Of a stretch of 64,000 bases of DNA, positions 56,045 to 64,000 are shown one piece after another (positions within the stretch are counted from its first letter, which is position 1; each line of letters begins with the position of its first letter). A model generated the notes under the pieces. It was not told where the DNA came from. It worked only from the letters and a program-made list of their open reading frames with translations, and made no database searches. The stretch lies in IMG/VR virus record IMGVR_UViG_3300044971_003100, positions 1,810 through 65,809 of that record. One strand, given 5' to 3'. Position numbers and translations under genes: made by a program. The stretch is from a virus. Its lineage: Duplodnaviria; Caudoviricetes.

Positions 56045-59000
56045 TACAGTCTCTGGTTTAAGGCGTCCAAGTAAGCTGTACTACCAGTATTCCTGACTTT
56101 TACATCAACGTTCCAGTTCTTTCTTGTTAATTCGTTTATGGCCATGGTTAGCTTGCCCAATTGCTGCGCTTGGGTCGCCTGGGACCGTGCCAAGTAACCG
56201 GTGTCCATATTCACGGCAATTGCCTTGACGGCATCGGAGACATTACGACTGCCGCCGGTGGCACGAGATGCCCTGTGCAGACGAGAAGAAGCGCCAGATG
56301 GCAACTTGATTCCACCTCGTGGGATGTCAAGCGCAGCAGTCAGATGTGCTGGTATGATCGTACCAGAAGTAGGCGGTCTCCATGTGCTGTTTTCCGGTCG
56401 GTTGATAACAGACAACCTGCCGCCAGCGGACAGGAACGATTCTTTTCCTAGTTCGTTTACTCGATACATTGTCCCAGCCGATACCGGACCGCCAGCCCAT
56501 CTTGCGGGCACTCCACCCTCAACGCCAACTTTGACATTAACTGTTAAACCATCAAGCTCTAGTAACTTTGATCTGATACCATCGACAGCCCCCTCGGCCC
56601 CTAACATGCTGTCCCTGAATACGCTACTGTTTCTTGTTGCTGCACCAACGGATCCACCAATATCAGCACTAGCTATCAGGCCTGCACTGATTGCCGCTCC
56701 CTCGAATGAGTCAGAAAGACCGGCCGCAGCATCTGTTGGTAGTTTAGATATTGAATCGGACAGGATGTTTGTGGCATCCTTGGTGGCGCTTATGCTGTTA
56801 GTAAAGGGCTGAATAGACGAAGCCAGAGCACCGCCGACTGAACCAGTATTTGCAAGCTCTGCAGCAACATTAGATGCTTCTTCCTTAGAGTCCGAAAGAG
56901 TGGTTTTTAGTTCAGCCAAACGCTGAGTGTTAATAGCCTGGACTGCACTGCTGATACCACTGAACCCGGAAGAGGCTCTAGCGGCTTCCCCAGCAACCCC
57001 GCCAATGTCATCTCCCAGTTGGCCAATGCTGCTTCTTGCGCTGTCGTTGGATGATATAATGCTACCGGCTAAAGCGGCAGTAGCGCTGGTCGCTGCATTC
57101 GCGCCGGCCGAAACCCTGCTATAGGCTTCCGCAGAGCCCAGCACAGCGGCAGTAGCAGTGGCGGCGCTTGTTTGAATGCTGGAGCTAGCAGCCTGAACCG
57201 AGGCAGGGAGTTGTTTTATCTGATCGCCGACTTGAATAAAACCACTGGATACTGCCTGGGTGGCACTACTTATCAATCCCGTCGCTACTGCGGTTTGAGC
57301 TGTTGCTTTAGCTGTGTCAAGTTGTGCTACCTTAGATCTTAAGGTAGCCTCCTCGGTTTTTTGCTTTATCCCCAGTGTTTCAGTTTCTATTGATTGCGTT
57401 TGCCGCAATGAATTCAGCCTTGATTTTTCGGCGTTCAATATATCAAGCTGAAGGCCATAGTTTTCTTTCGCTAAATCAACATTACGCTGATAACCTTGAA
57501 GCGCTTCACCCGAAACACCCCTGTTGACGGCTTTATTTCGCTCAGCTTCCGCTTGATTGATTACTTGCTGAGCTTCATTTAACTTAATATTTGCTTCGCG
57601 GACTTTGTTTTGAATATCTAGCGCGGCCTGCTGCTGCTTTAACCGCAGCACTTCTTGCTCTAGTTTTTGCGATTGACCAAGACTGTTCAGCCTATTGACC
57701 AACCCCGCACGTTCAACACTATCCGCCTGTTTCTTGAGTGCCTCAATTTCTTCTTCTTTTGCTTTTATTGCACCCGAGGAGGCCTCTCGGTCCTTCAATG
57801 TATCTAACTCATCCTTGGCGGCGGTAATTCGTGCTCCAATCTCAGCCTTTAGAATGTCATACCCTGATTCTATTAAATCCCGGCGAGCTTTGAATTGCTC
57901 AACCAATGCCTGCGCTTGACTTACGGCAGATTCCAGTTGCCCTTTACTTATGTCGTAATTGACTTTTATTCGGACTTCGGTTGGGTCTGATTCAAGTAGC
58001 TTCAGCAAGCCTTCCAGGCTTTTAATTTGTGCCTCAGCCTCCTTGTAGCCCTTTGTTCCAATCGTTGCCTCTGCTTTTGTTGCCTTCAAGGTCTTGATTC
58101 GTTCCTGTAGCAACGCAAGACTTTGAGTGCCTATTTTTAATTCGTTGTCATTTACCTTTACGTTTATTCCTTTGTTTTCTGCTTCTTTTCTCAGCGCTTC
58201 TCTCTTGGCCTTAGCATCATCCAGCAGCTTGGATAATGACATCAATTGGCCCGCTTCTTGCCGAGAGAGTCCACCTCCACTGGATTTGGCTTCTTTCAGT
58301 TTTTCGGCCCTGAGTTGCCCCAGCTTTTGAATTACAACATCATATGATTTCACCTGAGCTTCCACCCTGGCTTTCAGTAATGCCGTCGCTCTCTCATCGG
58401 CGGTCTCGGAGTTGTAATCCTTCAGAGCCGTCGTTACTCTTCGGGCTTCAACATCTACTTCTTCTAGTTGAGTCTTTACCTGACCAATGTTATTCCTTAT
58501 GTCGGAGATGGTATCGGAATCGGTTTTATTAAATAGCGTGAAGCCAGGAATCACAATTCCAGCAATAATAAAAAGATTCCTCTTTAAGGAATCGGTTTCT
58601 GCGATAGACTCTCGAAGATCCTGCTTAAAGGTTTCCGCCCCATCGGCAGTATTTTCTAGTGCCGTCTTTTGATTTGCCAGTTCTTGGTTTATTGATTTTA
58701 AGCCTTCCTTCAGTGTATCACCCGTCTCCCAGGAGCTCTTTAGGGTTTTTTCATATGCAAGCCATGCGCCACCTGCGACAATGGCAGCAACGCCCAACGC
58801 AGCTAGGCCCTTACCACCTAAGCCAGCAGCGGCAGCGGCGCCCTCAGTGGCATTAGCAGCAGCACTGGTGGCATTAGCAGCAGCACTGGTGGCCTGCGCT
58901 GCTGCACCTGCAGCTTTACCCTGCTGGCCTAGTTTGTTTCTTTGTTTGTCGCTGCTATTACTAAGCGCTTCTTGGGCGGCAACAGCATCAGCAAATGCCC

Positions 59001-60813
59001 CAGGTAAAACGCCCAGTATGTTAGAAAATTCATTGGTTGCACCCTTTGCCGCACCGGCTGCACCCTTCGTCTTTCCAAGCTGGAAGTTGAATCCGCCAAT
59101 ACCATTGGCCAACCCCTTGAGGCCGTCAAGGAAGTTGCCCTTGAGTATATTTGTCAGACCAGTTACAGCAGCATTGAAGCCAGCTATGCCACCAACAAGG
59201 GTCGATTTCAGTACAGTGCCGAACAATAGAGCCGATTGAGTAACGGCCTTGAAGCTAAGGGCAGCGGTAAGTAGTGTCCTGACAAGATTTGCGGCGATAA
59301 CCACGCCAATAAGAGTTACAATAGGCTTGAAGCCAATTAACTTGCTAAGTAAGCTATCGACAACATTTATTACACCCAAGAATGGGTTAAGGAGGGATCC
59401 AACAATTGTTATCAGCTTCGTGATGGCTACAGTGGTGGTAGCAATGATAACAGCTAGGCTATTGAATACCGATATCAGGGTCTTGGTTACCTCTAGCTTT
59501 AATATGTCGGTAGTGAAATCTGTTACGGCGGCTTGAATAGCCAGAAATGAGCCCAGTAACGGCTTAAACAGATTAGCTAAACTCTCCAGGTTTAGTTGAT
59601 TCAGCGTAGCGATTTGATTCTTAACCTGTTCAACTGTTACTGCATTCCTGAGCAATGCAACAGACGCGCTAAGTGCACTGTTGCCCAGGGCGCCAAAAGT
59701 TGACGAGGTTTTCCCCATCGCAGGCAGCACCTTGAGCAGCACATCGTTTGTTAATTCCCCATTCTTCACCATTTCGCCTAAGCCGGCTGTGGTTAATTTC
59801 AGCTTAGGATCTAGCTTGTTTAAGGCATTTACCAGGTCAATGCGAAACGCAGGGTCGGCTTCTGCTATTTGCTGGTTTAATTCTTCAGCCATCAGCTTGC
59901 CTTTACCAAAGGCCTGGATGACGCCATTCATTATGCGCTGTGTTTTGTCAGCGCTAAGTCCAAAAACAGCAAATCTGCTTGACAAAGCAGCCACAATGCC
60001 AGACACATCGTTGATATTGCCGCCGGCGGCAACAACGGCTGGCGTTAACTGGGCGAAGCCCTCTCGGATTACATTAAGACTGGTGCCATATGTCAGAGCA
60101 ATCCTGGTTGAATCGCTGAAAACAGTGGCAACATCCGCTGGTCCTTGGCCAATACTTTTGAACAGCAGGTCAACTTGCTGTACTCTGCCCAGGGAATCAA
60201 TAAAAGTATTAAATACGCCCTGTACTTGTCCAAATATAATAGACAAACTTTGGAACGTATTGACCAGGTCGCTTACCGCACGCCCGGCCGCCAGTAGTGG
60301 GCCCAGGTTCAGTTCCGCTTTAATGCGATCCCAGAAATTAGACGCTCCAGCTATGTTCAGTAAGCGGCTGAATTTTTCTACTTTGGCATTCGCATTCGCC
60401 CACTCTTGGTTTACAATGTTTACCCTTCGGCCAAGGCTGTCAGTGGCAGTTAACGTTGGCGATAGGGCGTCTCGCTGCTGTTTGTATGTGTTTACCAGCG
60501 CCCTGAGGTTTGTCAGGCTGCCCTTCTCTACGCCTTGAAGGCGCTCCGCTTTCTTCGCTAGCTCGTCTTGTAATGAACCAGTTTCCTGAAGGGAATAATT
60601 CCAACCCTTGAATACCTTATCTAGGTCCTCTCCCTCAAAGGCTGGTTTGATTACTAATTGAAGATTAGCCTTTTTTCCCGCTTTGTCACCAAGCGCATTA
60701 AGTAATGCGTCACGCGCTTCTGGACCCGCCTTTTCCAGTGCCTGGATAAGCCCAGCCGCTGCACCACGATCCTCTGTCTTTATGCCAAGGACTATGGAAT
60801 CGTTGGCAGCCAT
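56044..60813 (-). CDS. tape measure protein
   Basis: 1589 aa Ala-rich helical; QAFGKGKLMAEELNQQIAE; C-terminal RWAGGPV...YRVNELGKESF. Confidence 0.95.
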   Translation of the reverse strand: MAANDSIVLGIKTEDRGAAAGLIQALEKAGPEARDALLNALGDKAGKKANLQLVIKPAFEGEDLDKVFKGWNYSLQETGSLQDELAKKAERLQGVEKGSLTNLRALVNTYKQQRDALSPTLTATDSLGRRVNIVNQEWANANAKVEKFSRLLNIAGASNFWDRIKAELNLGPLLAAGRAVSDLVNTFQSLSIIFGQVQGVFNTFIDSLGRVQQVDLLFKSIGQGPADVATVFSDSTRIALTYGTSLNVIREGFAQLTPAVVAAGGNINDVSGIVAALSSRFAVFGLSADKTQRIMNGVIQAFGKGKLMAEELNQQIAEADPAFRIDLVNALNKLDPKLKLTTAGLGEMVKNGELTNDVLLKVLPAMGKTSSTFGALGNSALSASVALLRNAVTVEQVKNQIATLNQLNLESLANLFKPLLGSFLAIQAAVTDFTTDILKLEVTKTLISVFNSLAVIIATTTVAITKLITIVGSLLNPFLGVINVVDSLLSKLIGFKPIVTLIGVVIAANLVRTLLTAALSFKAVTQSALLFGTVLKSTLVGGIAGFNAAVTGLTNILKGNFLDGLKGLANGIGGFNFQLGKTKGAAGAAKGATNEFSNILGVLPGAFADAVAAQEALSNSSDKQRNKLGQQGKAAGAAAQATSAAANATSAAANATEGAAAAAGLGGKGLAALGVAAIVAGGAWLAYEKTLKSSWETGDTLKEGLKSINQELANQKTALENTADGAETFKQDLRESIAETDSLKRNLFIIAGIVIPGFTLFNKTDSDTISDIRNNIGQVKTQLEEVDVEARRVTTALKDYNSETADERATALLKARVEAQVKSYDVVIQKLGQLRAEKLKEAKSSGGGLSRQEAGQLMSLSKLLDDAKAKREALRKEAENKGINVKVNDNELKIGTQSLALLQERIKTLKATKAEATIGTKGYKEAEAQIKSLEGLLKLLESDPTEVRIKVNYDISKGQLESAVSQAQALVEQFKARRDLIESGYDILKAEIGARITAAKDELDTLKDREASSGAIKAKEEEIEALKKQADSVERAGLVNRLNSLGQSQKLEQEVLRLKQQQAALDIQNKVREANIKLNEAQQVINQAEAERNKAVNRGVSGEALQGYQRNVDLAKENYGLQLDILNAEKSRLNSLRQTQSIETETLGIKQKTEEATLRSKVAQLDTAKATAQTAVATGLISSATQAVSSGFIQVGDQIKQLPASVQAASSSIQTSAATATAAVLGSAEAYSRVSAGANAATSATAALAGSIISSNDSARSSIGQLGDDIGGVAGEAARASSGFSGISSAVQAINTQRLAELKTTLSDSKEEASNVAAELANTGSVGGALASSIQPFTNSISATKDATNILSDSISKLPTDAAAGLSDSFEGAAISAGLIASADIGGSVGAATRNSSVFRDSMLGAEGAVDGIRSKLLELDGLTVNVKVGVEGGVPARWAGGPVSAGTMYRVNELGKESFLSAGGRLSVINRPENSTWRPPTSGTIIPAHLTAALDIPRGGIKLPSGASSRLHRASRATGGSRNVSDAVKAIAVNMDTGYLARSQATQAQQLGKLTMAINELTRKNWNVDVKVRNTGSTAYLDALNQRL

Positions 60814-60881
60814 CAGCAGTTATACAATCCTATGTTTTATAGTGCCGATATCAAGCCAAAATAAACTGATATTTTACCAAT

Positions 60882-60904
60882 AAAAAGCCCCCCGTTAGGA
60901 GGGC
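60882..60904 (-). terminator. intrinsic terminator after the tail tube gene
   Basis: GCCCTCC-taac-GGGGGGC followed by T5. Confidence 0.7.
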
Positions 60905-60934
60905 CATTAAACAGACTGACCTCAGGCCTGTATA

Positions 60935-61546
60935 TCACGCATTGGCATCGATGTCGATGCGATAAGGGCCGTAACCCTGCACGGTTGCTTCCCAGGACAC
61001 GATAGAACCGGCTTCAATCGATTCCGTGTAACCCTGGAGGGTGCCATAGCCATACACCGTCTCCTCGGTGCCTGTGGGGCCACGACGCACGAACTTCACA
61101 CGCAGGCCGTCTGCCACCGTATTCTGTTCCGTCAGACGCAGGATCTGGTAGCCAGCGTCCTTGAAGTCGGCCACGCCAGATAGCGAAACGCTCCAGGTCT
61201 TGGAAGTAGCGATACTGACGTTGAAACCTTTGGTCTCAGAGTCGTAAGTAACGATATCCTCGGAGTTCGTATCAGTCTCCAGGCTGGCATTGGTCAGGCC
61301 ATACAGACGCACGATTTCATCAGTGCCATCCATGGCGAATGCACTGCCTTCAACGGTGAAGATACCGTCAGAATAAGCGACGGTACTGTTGGCTGCCAGG
61401 ACATTGGCATTGCTGGTGCCAAGATCGATGAAACCACCGCTGGCGCCAATACCGGTAGTAACGCCGGTGAAAGCCGTGTCAACAGAGGAAAGGGCCAGGG
61501 GTACCATGTACACATCGTACCCAAAAGCTGCACTATAATTAGCCAA
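60935..61546 (-). CDS. major tail tube protein (probable TTG start, ANYSAAFGY...)
   Basis: LTNASL...TSKTWSVSLSG...YGYGTL..YTESIEAGSIVSWEATVQGYG; terminator downstream. Confidence 0.8.
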   Translation of the reverse strand: MANYSAAFGYDVYMVPLALSSVDTAFTGVTTGIGASGGFIDLGTSNANVLAANSTVAYSDGIFTVEGSAFAMDGTDEIVRLYGLTNASLETDTNSEDIVTYDSETKGFNVSIATSKTWSVSLSGVADFKDAGYQILRLTEQNTVADGLRVKFVRRGPTGTEETVYGYGTLQGYTESIEAGSIVSWEATVQGYGPYRIDIDANA

Positions 61547-61683
61547 GAGGGTCCTGCCGGAGATCATCCGGGGCGAAGGGACAATCCGGGGCAGTACCAC
61601 CCCGTTACCCTAGAGTTCCAAAATATGCTTGATTACTGGCGATTACGTGGTTAATTGTTGATTTTGGAATACTAAGTGGTGTG

Positions 61684-62136
61684 CTATTGTGGAATCACAA
61701 TAGAATTCTCAGGAATAGTAACCAAAATTTGTGTTAATGCTCTTAATTCCGATCCAACTGCGTCAATACTGGCTGGCGTAATTTCAATTGATCGCGCACC
61801 ACTGAATAGTTCAATCATGCGGCGCATTGCTGCTGTCAGTGTGCCGCCAGTTGCTCCTTCCCATGCTATTAAATAGCACTTCCATGTAACCAGGCTGGTC
61901 GATGCATCACTTATGTAATCAATTCGATTGATTGGACCGACGTCATGTATAACTACTTCCATGCCGTTGACTGATTTCAGACGTGGCAAGTCCTGACCGG
62001 GGCTTAAAATGCTGATGGAGTCAAGAGTTGTGTTGCTATTTGTGAACACATAGCTCCCAACATAGCTCATAAAAGTACTGTCACCAGTCAAGGTGTCGTA
62101 TATCACCTCTGGTGATGTTACCAGTTGTTGCGTCAC
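61684..62136 (-). CDS. tail completion/terminator-like protein
   Basis: 150 aa upstream of the tail tube gene. Confidence 0.55.
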   Translation of the reverse strand: MTQQLVTSPEVIYDTLTGDSTFMSYVGSYVFTNSNTTLDSISILSPGQDLPRLKSVNGMEVVIHDVGPINRIDYISDASTSLVTWKCYLIAWEGATGGTLTAAMRRMIELFSGARSIEITPASIDAVGSELRALTQILVTIPENSIVIPQ

Positions 62137-62214
62137 TGCATATACCTATCGGGATGCTCTATGTTTCCTGTTCTGCAGTGGATTATTGGTTAACTATTGT
62201 GTTGCTATTAACTT

Positions 62215-62478
62215 ATGGATACTCCCGCTGACCTGGAACCGGTAATTTCTTGCCCCGATCCACTAAGTTCCCCCGCCGCCGCAGAATATAGCACCAATTT
62301 AGATGTTGGCACAATTGTCACAGATTACGGTTCTATTAAAGTCGTAGAAGTAACACGAGAGCAGTCCGCCGAGCTGGAAAAACAGGCACAATTGATAAAT
62401 TTCAGACGAGAAAAATTAGCAAAAAGATTACAGGAAAAACAGGTAAAAATAAACAGTAATCGGCCTGCGGGCGACTGA
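62215..62478 (+). CDS. hypothetical protein
   Basis: 87-aa ORF on the opposite strand to the tail genes. Confidence 0.45.
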   Translation: MDTPADLEPVISCPDPLSSPAAAEYSTNLDVGTIVTDYGSIKVVEVTREQSAELEKQAQLINFRREKLAKRLQEKQVKINSNRPAGD

Positions 62479-62611
62479 TCGCTAGGAATCATATATCAAC
62501 AGTCGAATACCAAGCCATGGCTAACCTAGAGCTTCACTTGGTCCGCTATATCGACACTTGCCATACAGTATTGCAATTAACGGATAAGTATTTCACAGAC
62601 AAGTAACACAA

Positions 62612-63013
62612 ATGAATGGACGGCTAAATGGCATCGTTGATTTGCCATTGTACCAGTACCCATCTGATTATTTGTCGAACATGTCTGCTTTAACACGCAA
62701 AGAGGCACGCAAACAATGGATAGAATCAATCAAAAGGGCATGGGATTATCGTTGCGCTTATTGCGGCAAACCGCCAATAGATGATCTGAGTCTGACAATA
62801 GATCACATCAGGCCGAAATCCAGAGGTGGTCCAGATCGCACCAATAACATAACACCAGCTTGCGTATCCTGTAATCACTCAAAGGCCTCCCAGGATTGGA
62901 AAACGTGGTACCGCCAGCAATCATTCTACAGCCCAATCGCTGAATGGCGCATTGGACAGTGGCTTAATGGTAACTGGTCACCACAAATGGCACCAGAAAA
63001 AGACGCAGCTTAA
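62612..63013 (+). CDS. HNH endonuclease
   Basis: CAYCG...LTIDHIRPKSRGG...NITPACVSCNHSK. Confidence 0.9.
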   Translation: MNGRLNGIVDLPLYQYPSDYLSNMSALTRKEARKQWIESIKRAWDYRCAYCGKPPIDDLSLTIDHIRPKSRGGPDRTNNITPACVSCNHSKASQDWKTWYRQQSFYSPIAEWRIGQWLNGNWSPQMAPEKDAA

Positions 63014-63652
63014 CTAGGCTATTATCCTGAGTTGCGCGTCCTCGTTTGCCGTGACCTGGCCTTCGATGGATGGCATCCTCAGTATCATAGTGTTTTCACC
63101 CGTGATATCAGAAAACTCCAGGATACGATTGCTCGCATCACGTAGCGCCAACAACATCCCGTGACACGTACCATCGATAACCTTGGGCGCTAGTATGACT
63201 GCTGTGTCATTCATCAGCACTAGATCATCGTCACTTGGTGCCTTACAGTTCTTTGCATTTACTTTCAAGTCGTTGTACACAAACAACGCCCAACTCGGGT
63301 ATTTGCCCAGTTCAATTAACCGTTTTGCCGCAGCACCATAGATACCATCTGGCATGTCTGATGTATTGCTGTCTACATATAAGTAAAAATCATTCAAATC
63401 GAACGGTTTGCGCCTTTTCTTTGCATCGCGATTCATTTCCGCTTGCTGTGCTGCTAACATCGCAAACGGCCTTTCGTATTCATGTAACCTTTGGAACCGT
63501 ATCTCATTTACAGCCCTGACGGCTCCTATGATGTACTCATACGGTAATAACCAATAGTTGTTTACGCTGAACTCAGGGTCGCCCGGAAACGAATACTTCA
63601 GTGTCCAGTAATATTCCTGGAATGGTATCAGTTCGCTCGGGTCACCTTGCGC
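63014..63652 (-). CDS. tail assembly chaperone -1 frameshift extension (GT-like)
   Basis: Frame open from the slippery site into MLAAQQ...; no upstream ATG of its own before 63460. Confidence 0.75.
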   Translation of the reverse strand, partial: AQGDPSELIPFQEYYWTLKYSFPGDPEFSVNNYWLLPYEYIIGAVRAVNEIRFQRLHEYERPFAMLAAQQAEMNRDAKKRRKPFDLNDFYLYVDSNTSDMPDGIYGAAAKRLIELGKYPSWALFVYNDLKVNAKNCKAPSDDDLVLMNDTAVILAPKVIDGTCHGMLLALRDASNRILEFSDITGENTMILRMPSIEGQVTANEDAQLRIIA

Positions 63653-63999
63653 TTTTTTTCGATCTTCTCGATATTAACTGCCTCATCAGCTTTCTTGTCA
63701 GCAGTATCCTCGGAATCACCCAGTAACCGTGTAATTGATTTCATTTCTTCTTCACGGTATAATTCCGCCAGTGCGCTGATAATATCAGGATGCACCTCCA
63801 TGATGTCTGCTGTTTCAAAATCACGGTTGACGCGATGCGTGATCAGACACGCCGCCATCACCAATTCTTCCCTTGATTTCGAAATTGCAATCTCTTTGAT
63901 TACATCCTGTACCTGGGTGCTGTAATCTTTCGTAATGTTACCAATGATTTCCGTTTCCCGTACACCTTCTCGCACCTGATTCGTGATTGATGCTATCAA
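63628..63999 (-). CDS. tail assembly chaperone (G-like), 5' truncated by the window edge
   Basis: Ends IEKKRKVTRAN with the A AAA AAG heptamer at 63652-63658. Confidence 0.7.
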   Translation of the reverse strand: MIASITNQVREGVRETEIIGNITKDYSTQVQDVIKEIAISKSREELVMAACLITHRVNRDFETADIMEVHPDIISALAELYREEEMKSITRLLGDSEDTADKKADEAVNIEKIEKKRKVTRAN

Positions 64000-64000
64000 T

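Noticed and set aside
48410-60538. Antisense ORFs over the capsid and tape measure genes (48410..49066, 56201..56812, 59681..60538)
   Set aside because: They lie fully opposite well-supported genes and show no independent motifs.

Overview
This 64-kb window is most of a cyanobacterial siphovirus-like (long non-contractile tail) phage genome, transcribed almost entirely on the minus strand. From left to right it holds: small accessory genes with a structured-RNA/tRNA cluster (1.8-3.8 kb) and a glutamine riboswitch with a DUF4278-like gene (5.9-6.1 kb); portal, dCTP deaminase, an intein-containing class II ribonucleotide reductase, glutaredoxin, DnaG, two sigma factors, terminase, ThyX, RecE-like nuclease, RusA, SSB and a Sak-like protein; an iteron origin with an initiator and a DnaB-like helicase (29.5-32.6 kb); a lysis module; and virion genes (collagen-like fibres around a glycosyltransferase-methyltransferase, major capsid, scaffold, tail tip, tape measure, tail tube and frameshifting tail chaperones). 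The strongest unexplained signals are an ornate ~390-nt pseudoknotted ncRNA abutting aberrant tRNA-like elements, paired GNGAY-pentaloop hairpins at the start of all three head genes, a GG[ACT]ANN[AC]TA late-promoter motif at about 20 gene starts, and a phage copy of the host nitrogen-control cassette (NtcA-like box plus glutamine riboswitch). No integrase or DNA polymerase was recognised in the window. All calls come from reading the sequence by eye; no database searches were run.
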